A model generated the notes under the pieces. That model searched no databases, was not told the DNA's origin, and worked only from the letters and a program-made list of their open reading frames with translations. The translations under genes were made by a program, and so were the position numbers. Of a DNA stretch of 64,000 nucleotides, positions 37,970 to 51,850 are shown piece after piece. Within the stretch, counting starts at the first letter, position 1. Each line of letters opens with the position of its first letter. The DNA is from Vicugna vicugna (taxonomy: Eukaryota), in contig MU058337.1 of NCBI GenBank assembly GCA_013265495.1, positions 2,882,686 to 2,946,685 of the forward strand, read 5' to 3'.

Positions 37970-38820
37970 TTCATTCAGTGAATGTTTATCGAGTACCTAC
38001 TATGAGACAGGAGCTCTCCAAGGTGCTAGAAAGACACGAAAAAAACAGACTAAATTCTTTTTCTCAGAATATTTACAATTTCATGGGGGAAAGGAAGAAT
38101 AAAGAATGACATATGTTAGTTTTTAATATATTTCCAGGTAGTGAAACATTATTAAGGGAAAAAAAGAAGAGTAATGAGGTAGAAAATAGTGGCGTGTGCT
38201 CTATTTTCAATAGGATACTCAGGCCTGATTCAAGGACTTTAAAAGAATAAAATGAAGTCTTGAATGAAATGAAGCGTTCATCTGAGAGAACAGTATTATA
38301 TATAGAGGGGCTTCACATGCCAAGTTCCCGAAGTCAACGAGGGCTTGCTGTGTCCACAATGCAGGGAAACCAGAGTAGTCACAGAGTCGGAGGAGGGGAG
38401 AGGGCAAGGATAAGAGAATTAGTAGGGACCTGGCCTTTTAAATCCTCACACGTTAGAATAAGAATTGGTGCTTTGTTCTTAGTGTAATATGAAGCCAGGG
38501 GAGAGTTCGTGTAGGGTAATAACATGGTCTGGTTTATTTTAAAAGACCCCTGTGGATGCTGTGTAGGAAGAAGGGTATAAATAAGTCATGGGAAGAGCGG
38601 GAAGGCTCTTCTGACCCAGGAAGAGATGATGATGGTCGGGATGTAAGCGCCTGTTGTGGGAGTGAACAGCAGGAAGCTGATCTGGGATTTACTCTGAGGA
38701 TAGAGTTTAGAAAGTTTGAATTCAGTTTTGTTTATTAAAAAAAAAATAGGAGTCGTGTTGACTCCACATCTTTTGGCTGAAGCTGCTGAGTGAATGGCAT
38801 TGCCTTTTACTGATACTGGC
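37970..38820 (-). mobile_element. L2 LINE (L2a-like) 3' region
   Basis: tcattcagtgaatgtttatcgagtacctactatg...ggtgctag; ccaggaagagatgatgatgg; ttttggctga...tgagtgaatgg. Confidence 0.75.
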
Positions 38821-41174
38821 TTGTTTACAAACTAAATGGATGACTTTTCACCTCACTAAAACTTGTTTTCCTCATGGGGAACAAATGCAAGCAAAGATAT
38901 TGCCTTCACAGTGTTCGTCTGTATAACTCAGATTCAAGACACAAATTATAGAGCCTGTCAGTTAGCATCTAATGCAGGGTAGATACACTTAATCTACGTA
39001 ATTATTATTAAGTGCCATACCATCATCTTTAATTTGGCCATCAGCATTTTTAGAGTTTTTGTTTCATTTTGTCTTCTTTTCATCTGTCTCTCTGATACAT
39101 TCTCTGTCTCCTTCCTATCATAGTAAGGACACTTGTCCTCTGCTCACTGATGAGTTAAGGGACATTTTCAGGACTGAATTTCTACAAACACGAATACTGT
39201 AACAAGATACTCCAGGAGAAATGTTGACTGTGAAACTAGCAGAACACAGACTTGACAATCTCCTCCTTAAAACTCCAGGTTCACTTTGTGCTTGTTACTA
39301 CTAACTAGTTTTGTTTTGCTTTTTGCATTCTCAAAGTGCGTTAAAATATAACCAGATTCTCAAAGTATTACCATGAGAGGCACTTACTTCACTATAATAA
39401 AAATAAACAAGCAAATTAAAAACAACAACAACAAAAGCCAAGAGGACCAAAGTACACGCAGGCCACAGTCACTGGGAGACTAAAGTACCATTAGCCTCAG
39501 AGTTAATACGGGGAAATGCTGGCTTGAGACATCTCAGCACAAATGCTATGCTCCCTCCACTGCTTGCTCACCCCTCCAGGCACGGATAACTGGTCTTGAC
39601 CCAAAGTAACAAGGCAGATTTCAAGAAAACAGGAGTCTATCTGGCTTCTCTAGATTTGAAGCTATTTTGGGATACAAATCCTCCCAAAATAATTTAGTCA
39701 CCCCAAGTGTAAAGAATGAAGAAAGGAAAGTTTCCCTTCATCTCTGACATCACTGTCGTCCTAACCTGGGCTTTTCTTCTCTGACCACCTAGCTCCCTTT
39801 TCCCTGGGTACTCAGGCACCTCTTACTTCTTGCCTCTTTCTTGGGTAAACAGATAGCCATAGGGGACTATTCTTAGCATCAATATTTATATGAAATCATA
39901 AATCAGTTTCATCAGAATCAAATTCAGATATCTTGTATGTGATTTAATCATTTAAGTTAAAGTTTTAGACACTTTCCCATGTATCAGGCACCATTCAAAA
40001 TAAGCTTAATGGGATAAGATAAAGGATGCATCTTTTATATATGTATATATATACATATACATCATTATGTATATCTCCATATCATTAATATATCGTTATG
40101 GCTGTAGATCTTGGTGCTCATGATAAAATGTGAAATAAGACCAGTCCCTGCCCCCAAAGAGCCCCTATTGTATAGTAGCTGACATTCTTCTGCTCAGCAG
40201 AAGAGAGCACCTTTGTCTAAATGCTAGCCAGTATCTGAGCTTCACAAGGACATCTTGACTGGCTCAGAGGACTTGGTTTTCAAGATCTCACATCTTCCCC
40301 TTAATCTTGTCTAGATTCATATGGCTCACCAGATGTCCTGGAAATGCCCAAAGGGCGGAGGCTGGGTTTCTGCCATCTGTAAATGGTCCTTTGTAATGTT
40401 GCAACAATGCCATCTCCCCTTTCCCGACACCCATATCAAAAGCCAGACACAACAGCTGGATGTTCAATTATTCAGGCTTCATAAGTACTCTTTAATTATC
40501 ACTATCCAGCATCTTTTAACCCAATAAACCCAAAGTTATGCTGTGTAGTTGTAATTATAACCCCACTAAATATGAGGAATATTTGCATTCATTGTTTTTT
40601 TTCTTCCAGAGTTTTAAATATACCTTTATATAAAATTTAAAGATCTGTATTTTTGATATTTAACTTGGGACTGATTTATTAATTTATAATCTACATTTAA
40701 TTTGTAATTATCTTTATAATTTAAAATATATATCTTTAATTTTACTGTCTTGTGTGTGATTAAGTTCATAGATATCGGGAATAAAAGACAGTGCTTAAGG
40801 AGACAAGCAAGGACCTTACGTTGTCTAGCGGTCTAAGATGAGGTAACTTACGTGCTAACGATTTATGTGGGCTTTTCATTCTTTCTTTAACTTATTTTCC
40901 TTCCAGAACAAATCTAACAACTTTATTATCTTTAAACCAAAGCAATGAATACTTTAATACACAATTTAAGTAAAAGTTATGAAGAATAAAAACAGTTCTT
41001 CTAACCATCAAGTTATCAAGTGATAAATAAAAAGCAATAAATTGATATTGAAAGTATATTTGACATCTTCACTTGAACTCTAAATGATGAAATTTTAAAA
41101 AATTAATTTCTAAAAAATAAAAAGTAACCCTGCTGTGACAATGACCATGATACCTTATGTCCCCAGTTTGCAAA

Positions 41175-41398
41175 TAAAAATCCAGGGAAGGCTAGCGGCC
41201 ACCAGAAGCTGGGAGCGACAAGGAAGGGGTTTTCCCCAAAGGCCCTGGAGGGAGCATTCATTGATTACCTTAATTCTGGTCCAGCAGTATTGATTTTGGA
41301 CTTCTGGATTCCGAAATTGTGAGAGAATAAATTTCTGTTGGTTTAAACCACCAGGCTTGTGGTAATTTGTTACAGAAGCCACAGGAATCCAGCAATAC
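41175..41398 (+). mobile_element. MaLR LTR 3' part (MLT1C/D-like)
   Basis: ggccaccagaagctgg...ttgattttggacttctgg...gagagaataaatttctgttggtttaaaccacc...gtaatttgttacag. Confidence 0.85.
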
Positions 41399-41984
41399 TG
41401 AGAACGTCAGTATTGGTGAATGACTGGGTTCAGTCGATGTCAGCAGTATGCCAAGACATTTACTTACTTCTGGAGGCCCAAACTATTTCCTCCCCGGTGT
41501 GGCCCATCTTTTTCCCCTGGTCTCACTTGTCTCACTTCACCTTTGCCTACCTGTCCCATCCTGCCATTGCAGACGTCTGTTCTGATGCAGAGGCCTGCAG
41601 CTACATGGCAGATGGTGCTGAATATCAGGCCCCCGATTGAACTGTGAGGATTATAGAGCTATACATAGGTGAAGGCAGCACTTAACAGGACTTGCTAAAA
41701 TCAAACGCCTTGACAGGATGACACTGGGGCCACGAGACCTGCACTGGGGACACTTCTTGGGTGGACAAGTCTGAGGATCTTCAGCTCTGTCCAGCTGTCC
41801 CCTCCCTCCTCCAGGCTGGGGGAAGTGGCTTCCTTTCTGTTGCAGAAGAGAATATTCTCTCATCACATGGAGACCATGTAAAGGCATGCTGTCAGATAGG
41901 TGTCTCACAAGACAATCTTGTTTTTCAAAGTCTGCCCATCTGCCCTCACTGTTGCTTGACCACGAGTTGTCACGGTTTCTCTGT

Positions 41985-42155
41985 AATCAGCAAAAGAGTA
42001 ACTGGTTTTTGCTTTGAGGATCAAGAGGCAAAACTGAGATCATCACATGGGCATTTATGTAGCCACTAAAAATTATTAAATCCATTTTTAGGCCACTAGC
42101 CATAGGAAAACAGGCAGTGTTCTGCTCTTAGACCATAGTTTGCTGAGTGCTAACC
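41985..42155. mobile_element. MER58-like hAT DNA transposon relic
   Basis: gccatagg aaaacaggcagtg...ccatagtttgctga terminal-like motif. Confidence 0.5.
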
Positions 42156-42161
42156 TCATCC

Positions 42162-42342
42162 TATTGATTCCCAAACTTTAGAATCCATCACAGTCACCCA
42201 GAGGACTTGATAAAATCTTTTCTAGGACCCAAATCCAGAGTTTCTGATTCAGGAGTTCTTGGATGAGCCTGATATTTGCATTTCTAAGAAGTTTCCAGGT
42301 CTTGCTGACACTCACTGCTGATCTGGAAATCACTGCTCTAGA
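42162..42342. mobile_element. MER5A-like hAT-Charlie DNA transposon relic
   Basis: ccagagtttctgattcagga...atttgcatttctaagaagtttccaggt...aatcactgctctag. Confidence 0.75.
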
Positions 42343-45300
42343 CTGGTGAGATTAAATGTTATTCTGTGCAAAGAAACATAGCCCTGGTTCTGAGAGGTAA
42401 AGTGTACTCAGCTTGCTGGACAGAGCTGATATGAACCTACAGAAACTGAGGGGAGATATTCTACAGTGGGTCTTGGGGTTGTTGAACCAGGGAGGGCAGA
42501 ACATAAAGCTGGAAGGAGGAGAAAGTATTGATATGGGAGCACTTGGAGTCAACTTACTGACTGAGGCTTTGATACCCTGGCCAGGACACCTGCACCAGGT
42601 CCTGATAAGCTGTTTATATTGTTTCTTGAAGCCTGAACATGACGGTGACCCACAGAAAATAGGGTAGGGACGTTGGAAACATTCTGGCACATTATTGAGA
42701 AAGGGCTTCGAGGCAAGGGGGAGGATGTGAGTTTTGATCTATTATATGAGACAATAGAATCCCCCATGTAATTATGTCACCTGAAGTGCAGTGGTCCCTC
42801 ATTTTACTCTGACAACCTAGAGCTCACTAGTAAGGAAGCTGTTCACATCACTGAGCCCTGGCCAAAGACCACTTGGTCTAATGGAAGCTCCCGGCATTCA
42901 CTTCCCGGACTCCTACATGCATAATTGTGATGAATTCTCTTAGCAGCGGACCGGGGAGCTGCATTTTGAAAACCAAAACGCTCCCCGTTGGATCTCCGAC
43001 CTGTGAAATAATTTCACAAGGTGAGCAGACCACGTGAAAATTCCTGAAGCTGCCCACTCCCAGGCAACAGAGCAGAGCAGAAAGAATACTGCGTCTCAGG
43101 AGAGGCTGCAGAGCTTAGCACGACATCAAAGGCTTAAAGTGCACAGGCGTGTGATGCCCCTTGCACAGCTGTTCAGCCACCTGCTCTGCACCTGCCGAGT
43201 CCCAGTGGGTCACAGAGATGGTGAAGGACTCTCATAGACGGCCTGCTGCGCCAGCGGCAGCTCCTGTGCTGGGTGTGGTGTCCACTCCAACGCTGGCACT
43301 GGGTTAATGCCTACTGAAACAGCAAAAGCATGATTTCGGTCCTCACAGTTAGAGACAGTCATTCGCTGCAGTCACGTCTTACACCTAACTAAGCACAGGA
43401 TCAGTAATGAGGAGTGTCTTCCATCTATTGTGGGACAGACTAGCCATCCTCTGAGAGACAAGTCATATCAATTAGCCACCGTGTACTGAGGAAAGTACTT
43501 GTCATTACAGAAACCAGGAAACCGCTGTGGGAAGAGTAACATACGGTGGGGAATATCCCACGGATTGGGATAGAGACACACATTCTCATGCATGCCAACT
43601 TCCGTCACACCAAGGAAACTCTGGATTTCACGCGGCCATCCTTCATCTCCTGAATTACTGCAGCGTCATTCAAACTGTTGTCCCTGCATCCATCCTTATG
43701 GCCAAGCCTTTTCCAGTCAATTTATCATTTCCATCCAAGTATCTTCTTAAAGGCAAACTGGATAGTGTCGCGCACTTGCTTACATCCCACGGTGGCTGCA
43801 TGGCTCTTACACACGGATCACAGCCATCAACGTGACCTACAATTCCTTAAGTCGAGACTCCGACAGGACGCATTTCGGCCCCCTCTGTATATTCTAGGCA
43901 CACTGGCCTTGTCTGTGGTCCTTGTTCTTTCCCTGTTCTTGCTTTTAGGGTTTTAAGTATGGTTTCTTCTCTCTCTTGGGAACACTATCATCCCCAAAAT
44001 TCATTTAGGTAATTTTAGCTTTTCAGATTTTAACTATATTATTACATCCTCAGAGAAAAATTTCCTTTTTCTTTCCAACCAGGCAAAAAATTCATATTTA
44101 TTGGTGTGATTATCTGGTCCCTTTTCTCAGGGTCCATATGTTTTCATGCTCAACTTTGTATCACCTGTTCCTAATAGAGTGGGTAGTTCTACACATTTAT
44201 GCAATAATAAAGCAAAAAAGGGAAGAAGGAAGGGAAAAGAAATTGAGAACACTCAGTGTGTATCTCCTCTCTAAACCATATAGCACCACTCTGTAACTCA
44301 CTCTCTTCAAGGGGGAAAAGAAAATCTACAAAAAGTTGGCATCTTTTAGGAGATGTCATCATATTTGGAAAGAAATGTGATCCTGGGAAAAGATTCAAGT
44401 AGGATGAATTAACGGGAAGAAAAATAAACAAGAAAGCTATTGGCTATTTTTACTTATCAGGAAGAATGCAAAACTCTAGTGCACAGAAAAATTCTGAATG
44501 TTACTCTAACGATAAAAGATGTTATTATATATCATTTATTGCAATTAATAAATAGTTTGATAAAGGATAGTTATCAATATGAATTTTTTATATAAGTAAG
44601 TAAAGGGAGAGTTAAGTAGATATGTTAATTTAGGAGATACCAAATAGATAATTTCCTTTTCTGAAGAAAAGTCTTTCTTGGCTATAAATAGATTTTTCTT
44701 TCTCATATGAAGGAAATCATCTCTATTGCAAATAGACGGTTATTGAGGCCTGAGTTAATATAAATCTCTTTTAACATACGAAGTCTACCAGAGTTTGTAG
44801 TATGTTCTGGAAGTTCACATCAACAATATAACAATAAAAACTACAACAACAGCAAAGTAAACCTTGCAATTGGACTTCTTTTTTTTCCAGGTAACATAAT
44901 TGGGAAATAGAAACAAATGGAGGGAAACAAGTAATCTCTTAGAATAGAGGGACTCATGAGAATTAAGAACCATTCAAATAATAGAATTTTAAAAGACAAA
45001 CACACTAAAATGTTAATTACGATTACACCAATAGAGTTCTAACACAGGAAATTAATATATACTTATTTCAGTTCTTGGATTTTCATATTACTTTTATTGT
45101 CAGAAAGAATAGTGGCTATTTAAGTTTTAAAGGAATGGGAAATTGCACTATTTAGAGTTTTAGCAACTTGATATATAGAGTACATGCTGGTCTTTATTCT
45201 TGTCAAACTCTAAATCACTTCCTGGTCATAAGTGAGACGCTAATGTAGATAAATTAACTCTGCGGGGTCACTTGAGCATCACTCAGAGCAATGCTCTGTT

Positions 45301-47029
45301 CTGGAAAGTATGGGGAACCGCGCGACAAACTTGGACTGAAACAAATGGCAAATACACATTTTTAGTGACTATCTTTTAGCAAATGTATCTGAACACACAA
45401 GGTTACAAGTTTGTGGTCCTTTCTGTATTGTAACTTTGGAAGTCGATATTTTATTCTGTCACGCTTCCATTTGTCTAAATAACTCCAGGTCTCTTCCTAT
45501 TTGTTTTCAGAAGGTTTTTTTAATTTTTTCAGATTTTTAAATAGTATCTTTAGTGAGAAATTTTAATCTGGGGAATTAATTTGACTTTAGAAGTTAGGCA
45601 AATGCCATTCAAAGCCAGCTACTAGGTTTAAATCTGTGATGAAGGTATCCCAGCGATGCTTTGGTCAAACATCATAAGACATATAATAATAATGGCAATA
45701 ATTTTACTTGGAGGCACAGGGCCTGGTTGTAACACCTGGTCAAGGGTTGTAAATTTTAGAGAATCCCCTTAAAATGTTTGAATCCCTGTTTTACCACCTT
45801 AAACTGTGGTAATATTATCAACTTCACTTTCCTTACAGAATTTGCAGTCAGAAACTGATATGAAAAGTGAGTAATCTTGTTTCTGTTATAAACAGGGTCT
45901 ACGTAAATACCTTGGGCAGCAGGGGGCATTTTTGGCATTCAGTGCTTCTGAGCTGACAAATCAAGGTCATATGAAATATATGTTTTCCAAAACTATTTAA
46001 TAAAGAATAAATAAAAGTTTAATTTATATCCCTATTGTTTCTAAAATACAAACATCTAACTGCAATACATACTTCCAACAGTAATGCATATTTATATAGA
46101 GAATACCCTTTCCTTCTGTATTTTATGTAAGTGGTGGGACTCCATTTTTCTTATTTGATATATCTTGGATCAAAGTTGTCATGATTTATGGCTGAACTAC
46201 TTCCTATAGTAGATGTGAAATTTATAACCATTCTATCAGGAAAAACAAATCCTTTCTTAATATATACTTATGCATATAAAACATTCTTCACATTGTTTGG
46301 GGTGGGCAGAGGTTGTCAGAAGTGTGTAGAAATGATGATAAATTAATATTTATTAGATTCATTCCAAATAAACTTTTACTTCTGGAGAGAGAACTATTTA
46401 TGAGTAGTGTTAATTTCCTTCTTTTTCACTTTAGATTGTCATCTTCCTCAAATGTCATTTAATTTTCAAGATCTTTCTCAGTAGAATGATTTCCCCTTCG
46501 TTCTATGTATGACATTGATTCTGGTTCTTGGAAGAAGTGAAAAGATCTGTTTGACACAGCGTTTTGTGCAGAAATTTATGGCAATGTCCTGTTGCATCAA
46601 ATCTCCATACTAATTTCAGATCATAAAGCATTGCCAAGCTTAGTTCAGTCTGTTGTGTAGATTGTCAACATCAGAATCGGACAACTCATTGTTTCAAAAC
46701 AAATGTGGACATACATGTACATACACAAATGCATACATAGTATATAATCTGGTCAAAAGAACTTGTCACCTGATACTGATTCATATTATGAAGCTTAAAA
46801 TATTTGTCCTAATGTTTTTTATTCTGATTTTACAATAAAAACACAAGGCGTGTATCTTCTAAATATATAAAAATGTTAGGCAGTGTACAGATAAGATGGC
46901 CTGGTTCTCAAGTTAAGTCTCATAAAACTATTTTGTAAAAGGTCAAATTCCATTCACAGTTCACTAGAGTGATGGTAAGGTTAAGATTTTTAAATACACT
47001 TAAGTGAGAGGCCGTGTCCTTTTGCAGAC

Positions 47030-48140
47030 TTTCTACATGCAGGCTTACATTTCATATGTTCACTGACCTTTCTTTCTCAATATCCTTTGCTCTTTCTCAT
47101 TTCCTAAATTCCAAATATCTGGGAGCCCCAGAGGTTAACTTGGTCTTCCTTTCCTCTTTATACATTCACCCTCTTGGCAATCTTGTACCATCATCATATT
47201 TTACTCTGGGAAGCTCAAATTTATACAATTTATAATATTAGCCCCTCTTCTCCCTGGGAGCAAACCCCGTTGCCTTCTGGACAACTCCATGTGCACGTCT
47301 AATAGATGGTTCACATTTCATGTGTCACAGCCGAGCCCCTGATTTCTTTCTGTAAGTCTTCATTCAAAGACACCACTCAAATATCAATGCCTGTTCGTGA
47401 ACTAGAAAAATTCTCTGGCTAGATACAGACCAACGTTTTGACTGCGTGTTGAATAAATGGCATACTACATAACCATATAAAAAGGTAAAGAAAGAAGGTG
47501 CTCTAGCAAAAATAATCAGGAGCAAAGTGCATGGCTTGTAGAGAATGGAATCTACATTTTGTTCAGCGCTCACGGCCATGGCGGGAGAAATACCACACAA
47601 AGCCCAGTCTGTGCTCTATCCCTGGCTGCCTCCCCAAACCCTTTCCTCTCAACAAATGACAATTCCATCGTTCTTATGACTCAGTCTGCAAACTGACTTC
47701 TTTACTTGACTCCAGTCATCTAGTCCATCAACAACATTCTCTTGGTTTTGTCTCCATGTGATATCCAGAATCTGACCACTTCTCCCACCCTGGCCGTGGC
47801 CATTTTCATTTCTTACCCTGATTACTGCATTAGCCTCTTGCTTCCCTGTTCTCACCTAAGACTTCTTTTCAACATAGGAATAAAAGTCAGATATTTAGAA
47901 ATTCTTCATTGGCTTCTCATGTCCTTCAACAAAGATACTTTCCATTGCCTACAAGAACAGCACATTCTGCCCACTTCCCATCCCTTCAGTTCCCTCTGCA
48001 TCTTTCTTCCTCACCCCCACCCCCAACCTTGTTCTCACTGTACCAGCCACATTGTCCCCCTTGGTCCTCCCTAAACAAGACAGGGCTTTTGGACTTACCT
48101 TTCCCTCACCTGGAGTGCTTTTTCCCACCAATATCCACAA
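47030..48140 (+). mobile_element. L2 LINE fragment with an internal non-L2 insert (about 47350-47620)
   Basis: gtctaatagatgg, aatgacaattccatc, atatccagaatctgaccacttctccc, cctgattactgcattagcctc are L2-like. Confidence 0.65.
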
Positions 48141-48149
48141 AAGATTCTC

Positions 48150-49130
48150 ATACAAATGACTTTGCTCTCATAGGAATATTTTTGCTGGGTAGTTTTTTTG
48201 TTTTTTGTTTTTTTTTAAGTCGAGTTGCTAGATCATAGTCTATACACATTTAAACAAACACCAGATACTACTCGTGATTTTTTCCAAGAATCACTGTTAT
48301 ACCCTAGCCCTTGCTGTTGCACTAGGAGAATGCCCAAATCCCCACCTTCTCCACAATATCCTGCAGAATCATTACATATATTTTTGCCAATCTGAATGAA
48401 AACAATGCTAACCTGTTTTAATATATTTTCAGATCTTTACAGGCCGTTAGCCCTTTTCATGACTTCTTCGTGACTTTAATATTTATGCAGTTTGTCCATA
48501 TTCTATTCAGTGATTTGCATTTTTTTCCTCAATGATTTTGAGTGGCTTTTGATACATGCGATGTATAATCTATTCGTTATTTGTGTTGCAAATACTTTTT
48601 CTGGACTGGTGTTTCTACTAAGCTAAGTTTGTGCTGTGTCTTGCTGCACAGGTTTAAATTTTTTTAAATAACGATTTCTATTTTAATATTTACATTTATG
48701 TCCTAGGGGTTTGTATAATTCTTACAAATTTTAACCTGAAATTTGAAAAGTAAATCTCAGGTGGACAGCTAGATATAAAATATATAAAATATATAATATT
48801 ATTTGCTGAAATTTGTAACGTGTAAGGTTAACAAAGTTAGATACTCTTACCTTTGCCAAAGAGGGACCAGTGTTCCCAGCTCCATTTTAAGAGTTAATCC
48901 ATCCTTCATGCTGTGAAATATTACATTTCTCATTTAATAAAATTCCTTATTCCGGTGGATTTGCTTTTGAATGCTGTCTTCTCTTGGAAGACAGTCCACC
49001 AACAATAGTGTTTTGATTGCCATGATTTTACACTACATCCCTACGAATGCTGAGGGCCTTCCTCTTCCTTGATAATGTTGTTCATTATCGAAATGCCTCT
49101 GCTTATTTGTGCCTTTCTCTTCTGGAGACA
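48150..49130 (-). mobile_element. Ancient L1M/L1ME ORF2 fragment
   Basis: gagttgctagatcatag, ttttgccaatctga, tgtgttgcaaatac, cccagctccattt motifs; heavily degraded. Confidence 0.55.
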
Positions 49131-50536
49131 CTTCCCAAAGGCAATAATCATGATTGTTCTTTGTACAAAGAATGATTTAGCTTTACCCGTAATGAAATGT
49201 GTCGAGAGGCAAAGCACATTGGATTTACTGCCTTTTAGGTGAGTTCAAGCAGCAATTCTCCTTTTAAATTAAGTACCTGTGAAGTACACGATTACTGTTC
49301 TCTGACTGTATTTGTGTGCCTTACCATGTAGAACAACGAACACTACTTAAAAGCAAATCAGTTCATTTCTCTATGAGAAACAACTATTACATATGAAGGA
49401 GCTTTTAAGTTTCCCCACAGTGAAGTTTCTGTTGGTTCCGAAAAAAGACAATACATGCCAAAAATGCGCAAAGTCACTGCTTCTCCTTAACACACTTTTC
49501 CTTTAATTCTTCTCATGTTTTAGAAAGAAAGAGGAAAAACCACACGTATCAAATTCAAAGTCTTTTCTGCATTTCTGTTCTTCTTGACACTGAGTATTCA
49601 CAATGGTGACACCTGCTTCTGGTACTGCTGTGGCCCTCACGCGCCATTCCAACCCCGCTTTGTCTTCCTTCTGCCTCTCTGATTGGCAGCCAGCCCCAGC
49701 ACCTCAATCTCCCTAAGTAAGAATCCATGTGATTTTTTTTCCTACGGCCTTCTATTTTCCCATATTAGCAGGATTTCCACTCTCCTTTTTGCTAGATAAT
49801 CTATATCAATGCCATTCTTCCAAATTCCAATTTTTTAGAGATCTGTGCTCAAAACGCTCAAAGCAAATTTTATTTTAATTCTCTGCTAACCACCTACTTC
49901 CTCTCAAAGCCTCTCATCATCATAATTATCTTGGTCACCTCTCCTCAACTTTTATGGTTCCATCTCTAATTCTCTCATGCTGGCCATAAGCGTGCAGTCA
50001 AACAACTACAGCTGACTGTCCCTTCATAAGGCCTTTTCCGTCTTTTGCTTCTTTTCCATCTCAGTCATCCTCACTGTCTTCTAGACCTAGACCGCTATCA
50101 CTTTGCCAGAATGTTGCCGGATCCTTATGCTAGATCTTCTTGAATTCACAAATGCAATTGTTAAATTAATTTCCAAAAATCATCTTGCCACTTCCCTGCT
50201 AAGGAAAATAGTAGCTCCTCGGTAAATATTTGTTGACTGTCTGCTAGAACTTTCACTGACTCCCCGTTACCAATCGCAGATAGATGAATTGCTTTGGGAT
50301 GGCAGTTAAGATTTCTGTGTTGTGTCATAATCTGCATGTGCACTGTATCATAATTTTATCCTTCCTAAAGTCTCTATTCCCATACATGAGATCTAGTTTT
50401 CTGACCACCCTGTGATACTGAAGGAGAATTAATAAAATGGCCGCACTTAGGCTAACAGATTGCTTACTCTTATGCTCGCCCTTAAAACGGTCAACTGACC
50501 TGACCGACCGGATGCTGCTCACAGTTCGAGGCCCAC

Positions 50537-51026
50537 TGTTAAAACTAAACCTATTGATCTTACTGATTCTACTTTATTCCTTTATACTATACTTATTATT
50601 TACATTGAAAGTAATAATCAAGCTTGGTCTCTGAGTCTTTCTCCAAGGAGAAGGTCACAGGACTGTAACCTTACAAAATAGCCTGAATTACCAAGAAGAC
50701 CACACCTTGAGGGCTTACAACAAGATAAAGAGATCTAACCACCAGCCTCTACAGAATTGGTCGCCTGGAGGCATCAGGATGCCATTCTAAGTCTTCTGAT
50801 GAGAAAATGATTCTGTTGCTTCTTATCAAGGCTTTATTGTTTGAGCTCTGGCGGTATAACCACCCCACCGCATCTCCAAGGTGGAGTCACAGTTTTGAAG
50901 GCACCAGCCTGCTGTGAGTCCCCTTTGGCCAGCAAAACCATAAAATTGCCTCTTTTCTTTTAAGCTCCAAGACCTTGTCTCTGGGTTATTTGGCTGTCAG
51001 GGACAGGGGCCGATCTTTCTTCAACA
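50537..51026 (+). mobile_element. Solo ERV-type LTR (different family from 51359-51850)
   Basis: TG...CA ends, about 490 bp, tataacc box, ttttgaaggcaccagcctgctgtg..ccctttg..gcaaaaccataaaa poly(A)-like region; no clean TSD seen. Confidence 0.6.
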
Positions 51027-51358
51027 ATGCCTCCGTGACCATGCTTCTGCACCTGGAGCTTATCACACATGCAAAAGCGACTTCTAGTCTTTTCATTAAA
51101 ATGCTGTATATTCTTCAAGTAGAAACACAAAACTGATTTCTCATAAAAATCCCTTAATCTTTCAAGCTCTCCATGATGTGTTCCTTGTTTGCAGTGTCTG
51201 TGCTGTCTAACTCAGTAATCATTTATCTACAACTATTTATTATGATTATCTTTCCAATTAGACTAAACATAAAATGTCTGAGTTACAGCTTTAATTCTTG
51301 GCCTCTCTCAGCTTATTGCAGAGTGTCTTTTAAAATTTTAGTCAGCATGGTGTGCTGG

Positions 51359-51850
51359 CGTGAACAAAAAATACTGCAAACCACATCAGTGAGCAAAGAA
51401 TGCTGCAACCACCAAGGCATCAGCGGCCGCCACCATCCCCCAGTGAGGACAGGCCTGCAGCCCGGCCTCTGCAGCCACTCACAGTGGTGCACCCTGAGGG
51501 GACTTGGAATAAGAAAGGACAGGACACTGGCCCTAGATAGCTAGGTGCTTGTCAAAGGAATGAATTCAGTGAGCCCAAATGTTTGCTTGGATCCTTACAT
51601 ACTAAATTCTTTAACTTCTTGAGATGCCTGGTTTTCTTTAGATAAAAAGTAATCTTTTAATGTTCCAACTACCTGGTCTTCATTGTAAAACTCCTGTGTA
51701 TTCTAGCCCCTCCCCTGCCTCTTCGGAGCAGTCCCTCAGAGCGACCTGAGAGGCTGTCATCCTGGCTCGAAGGGGTTTGAGTCCTCAGAAATGTCCACCA
51801 AATAAAACATAGCTCTCAACCTTTAGGCTGTGCATTTATTTCAGTCGACA
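51359..51850 (+). mobile_element. Solo ERV1-type LTR with 4-bp TSD (CTGG)
   Basis: CTGG at 51355-51358 and 51851-51854, AATAAA near 51801, homologous to reverse complement of 10887-11365; first base is C instead of T. Confidence 0.9.

Noticed and set aside
49225..49245. Plus-strand ttttag|gtgagt motif resembling a recursive splice site
   Set aside because: Opposite strand to the inferred gene and short pyrimidine tract; no supporting context.
49325..49371. Minus-strand exon-like unit ending ATG|gtaagg
   Set aside because: Stops in all three frames.
10887..51850. The two homologous LTRs as ends of one provirus
   Set aside because: Opposite orientation, each has its own TSD, and no gag/pol/env was seen between them.
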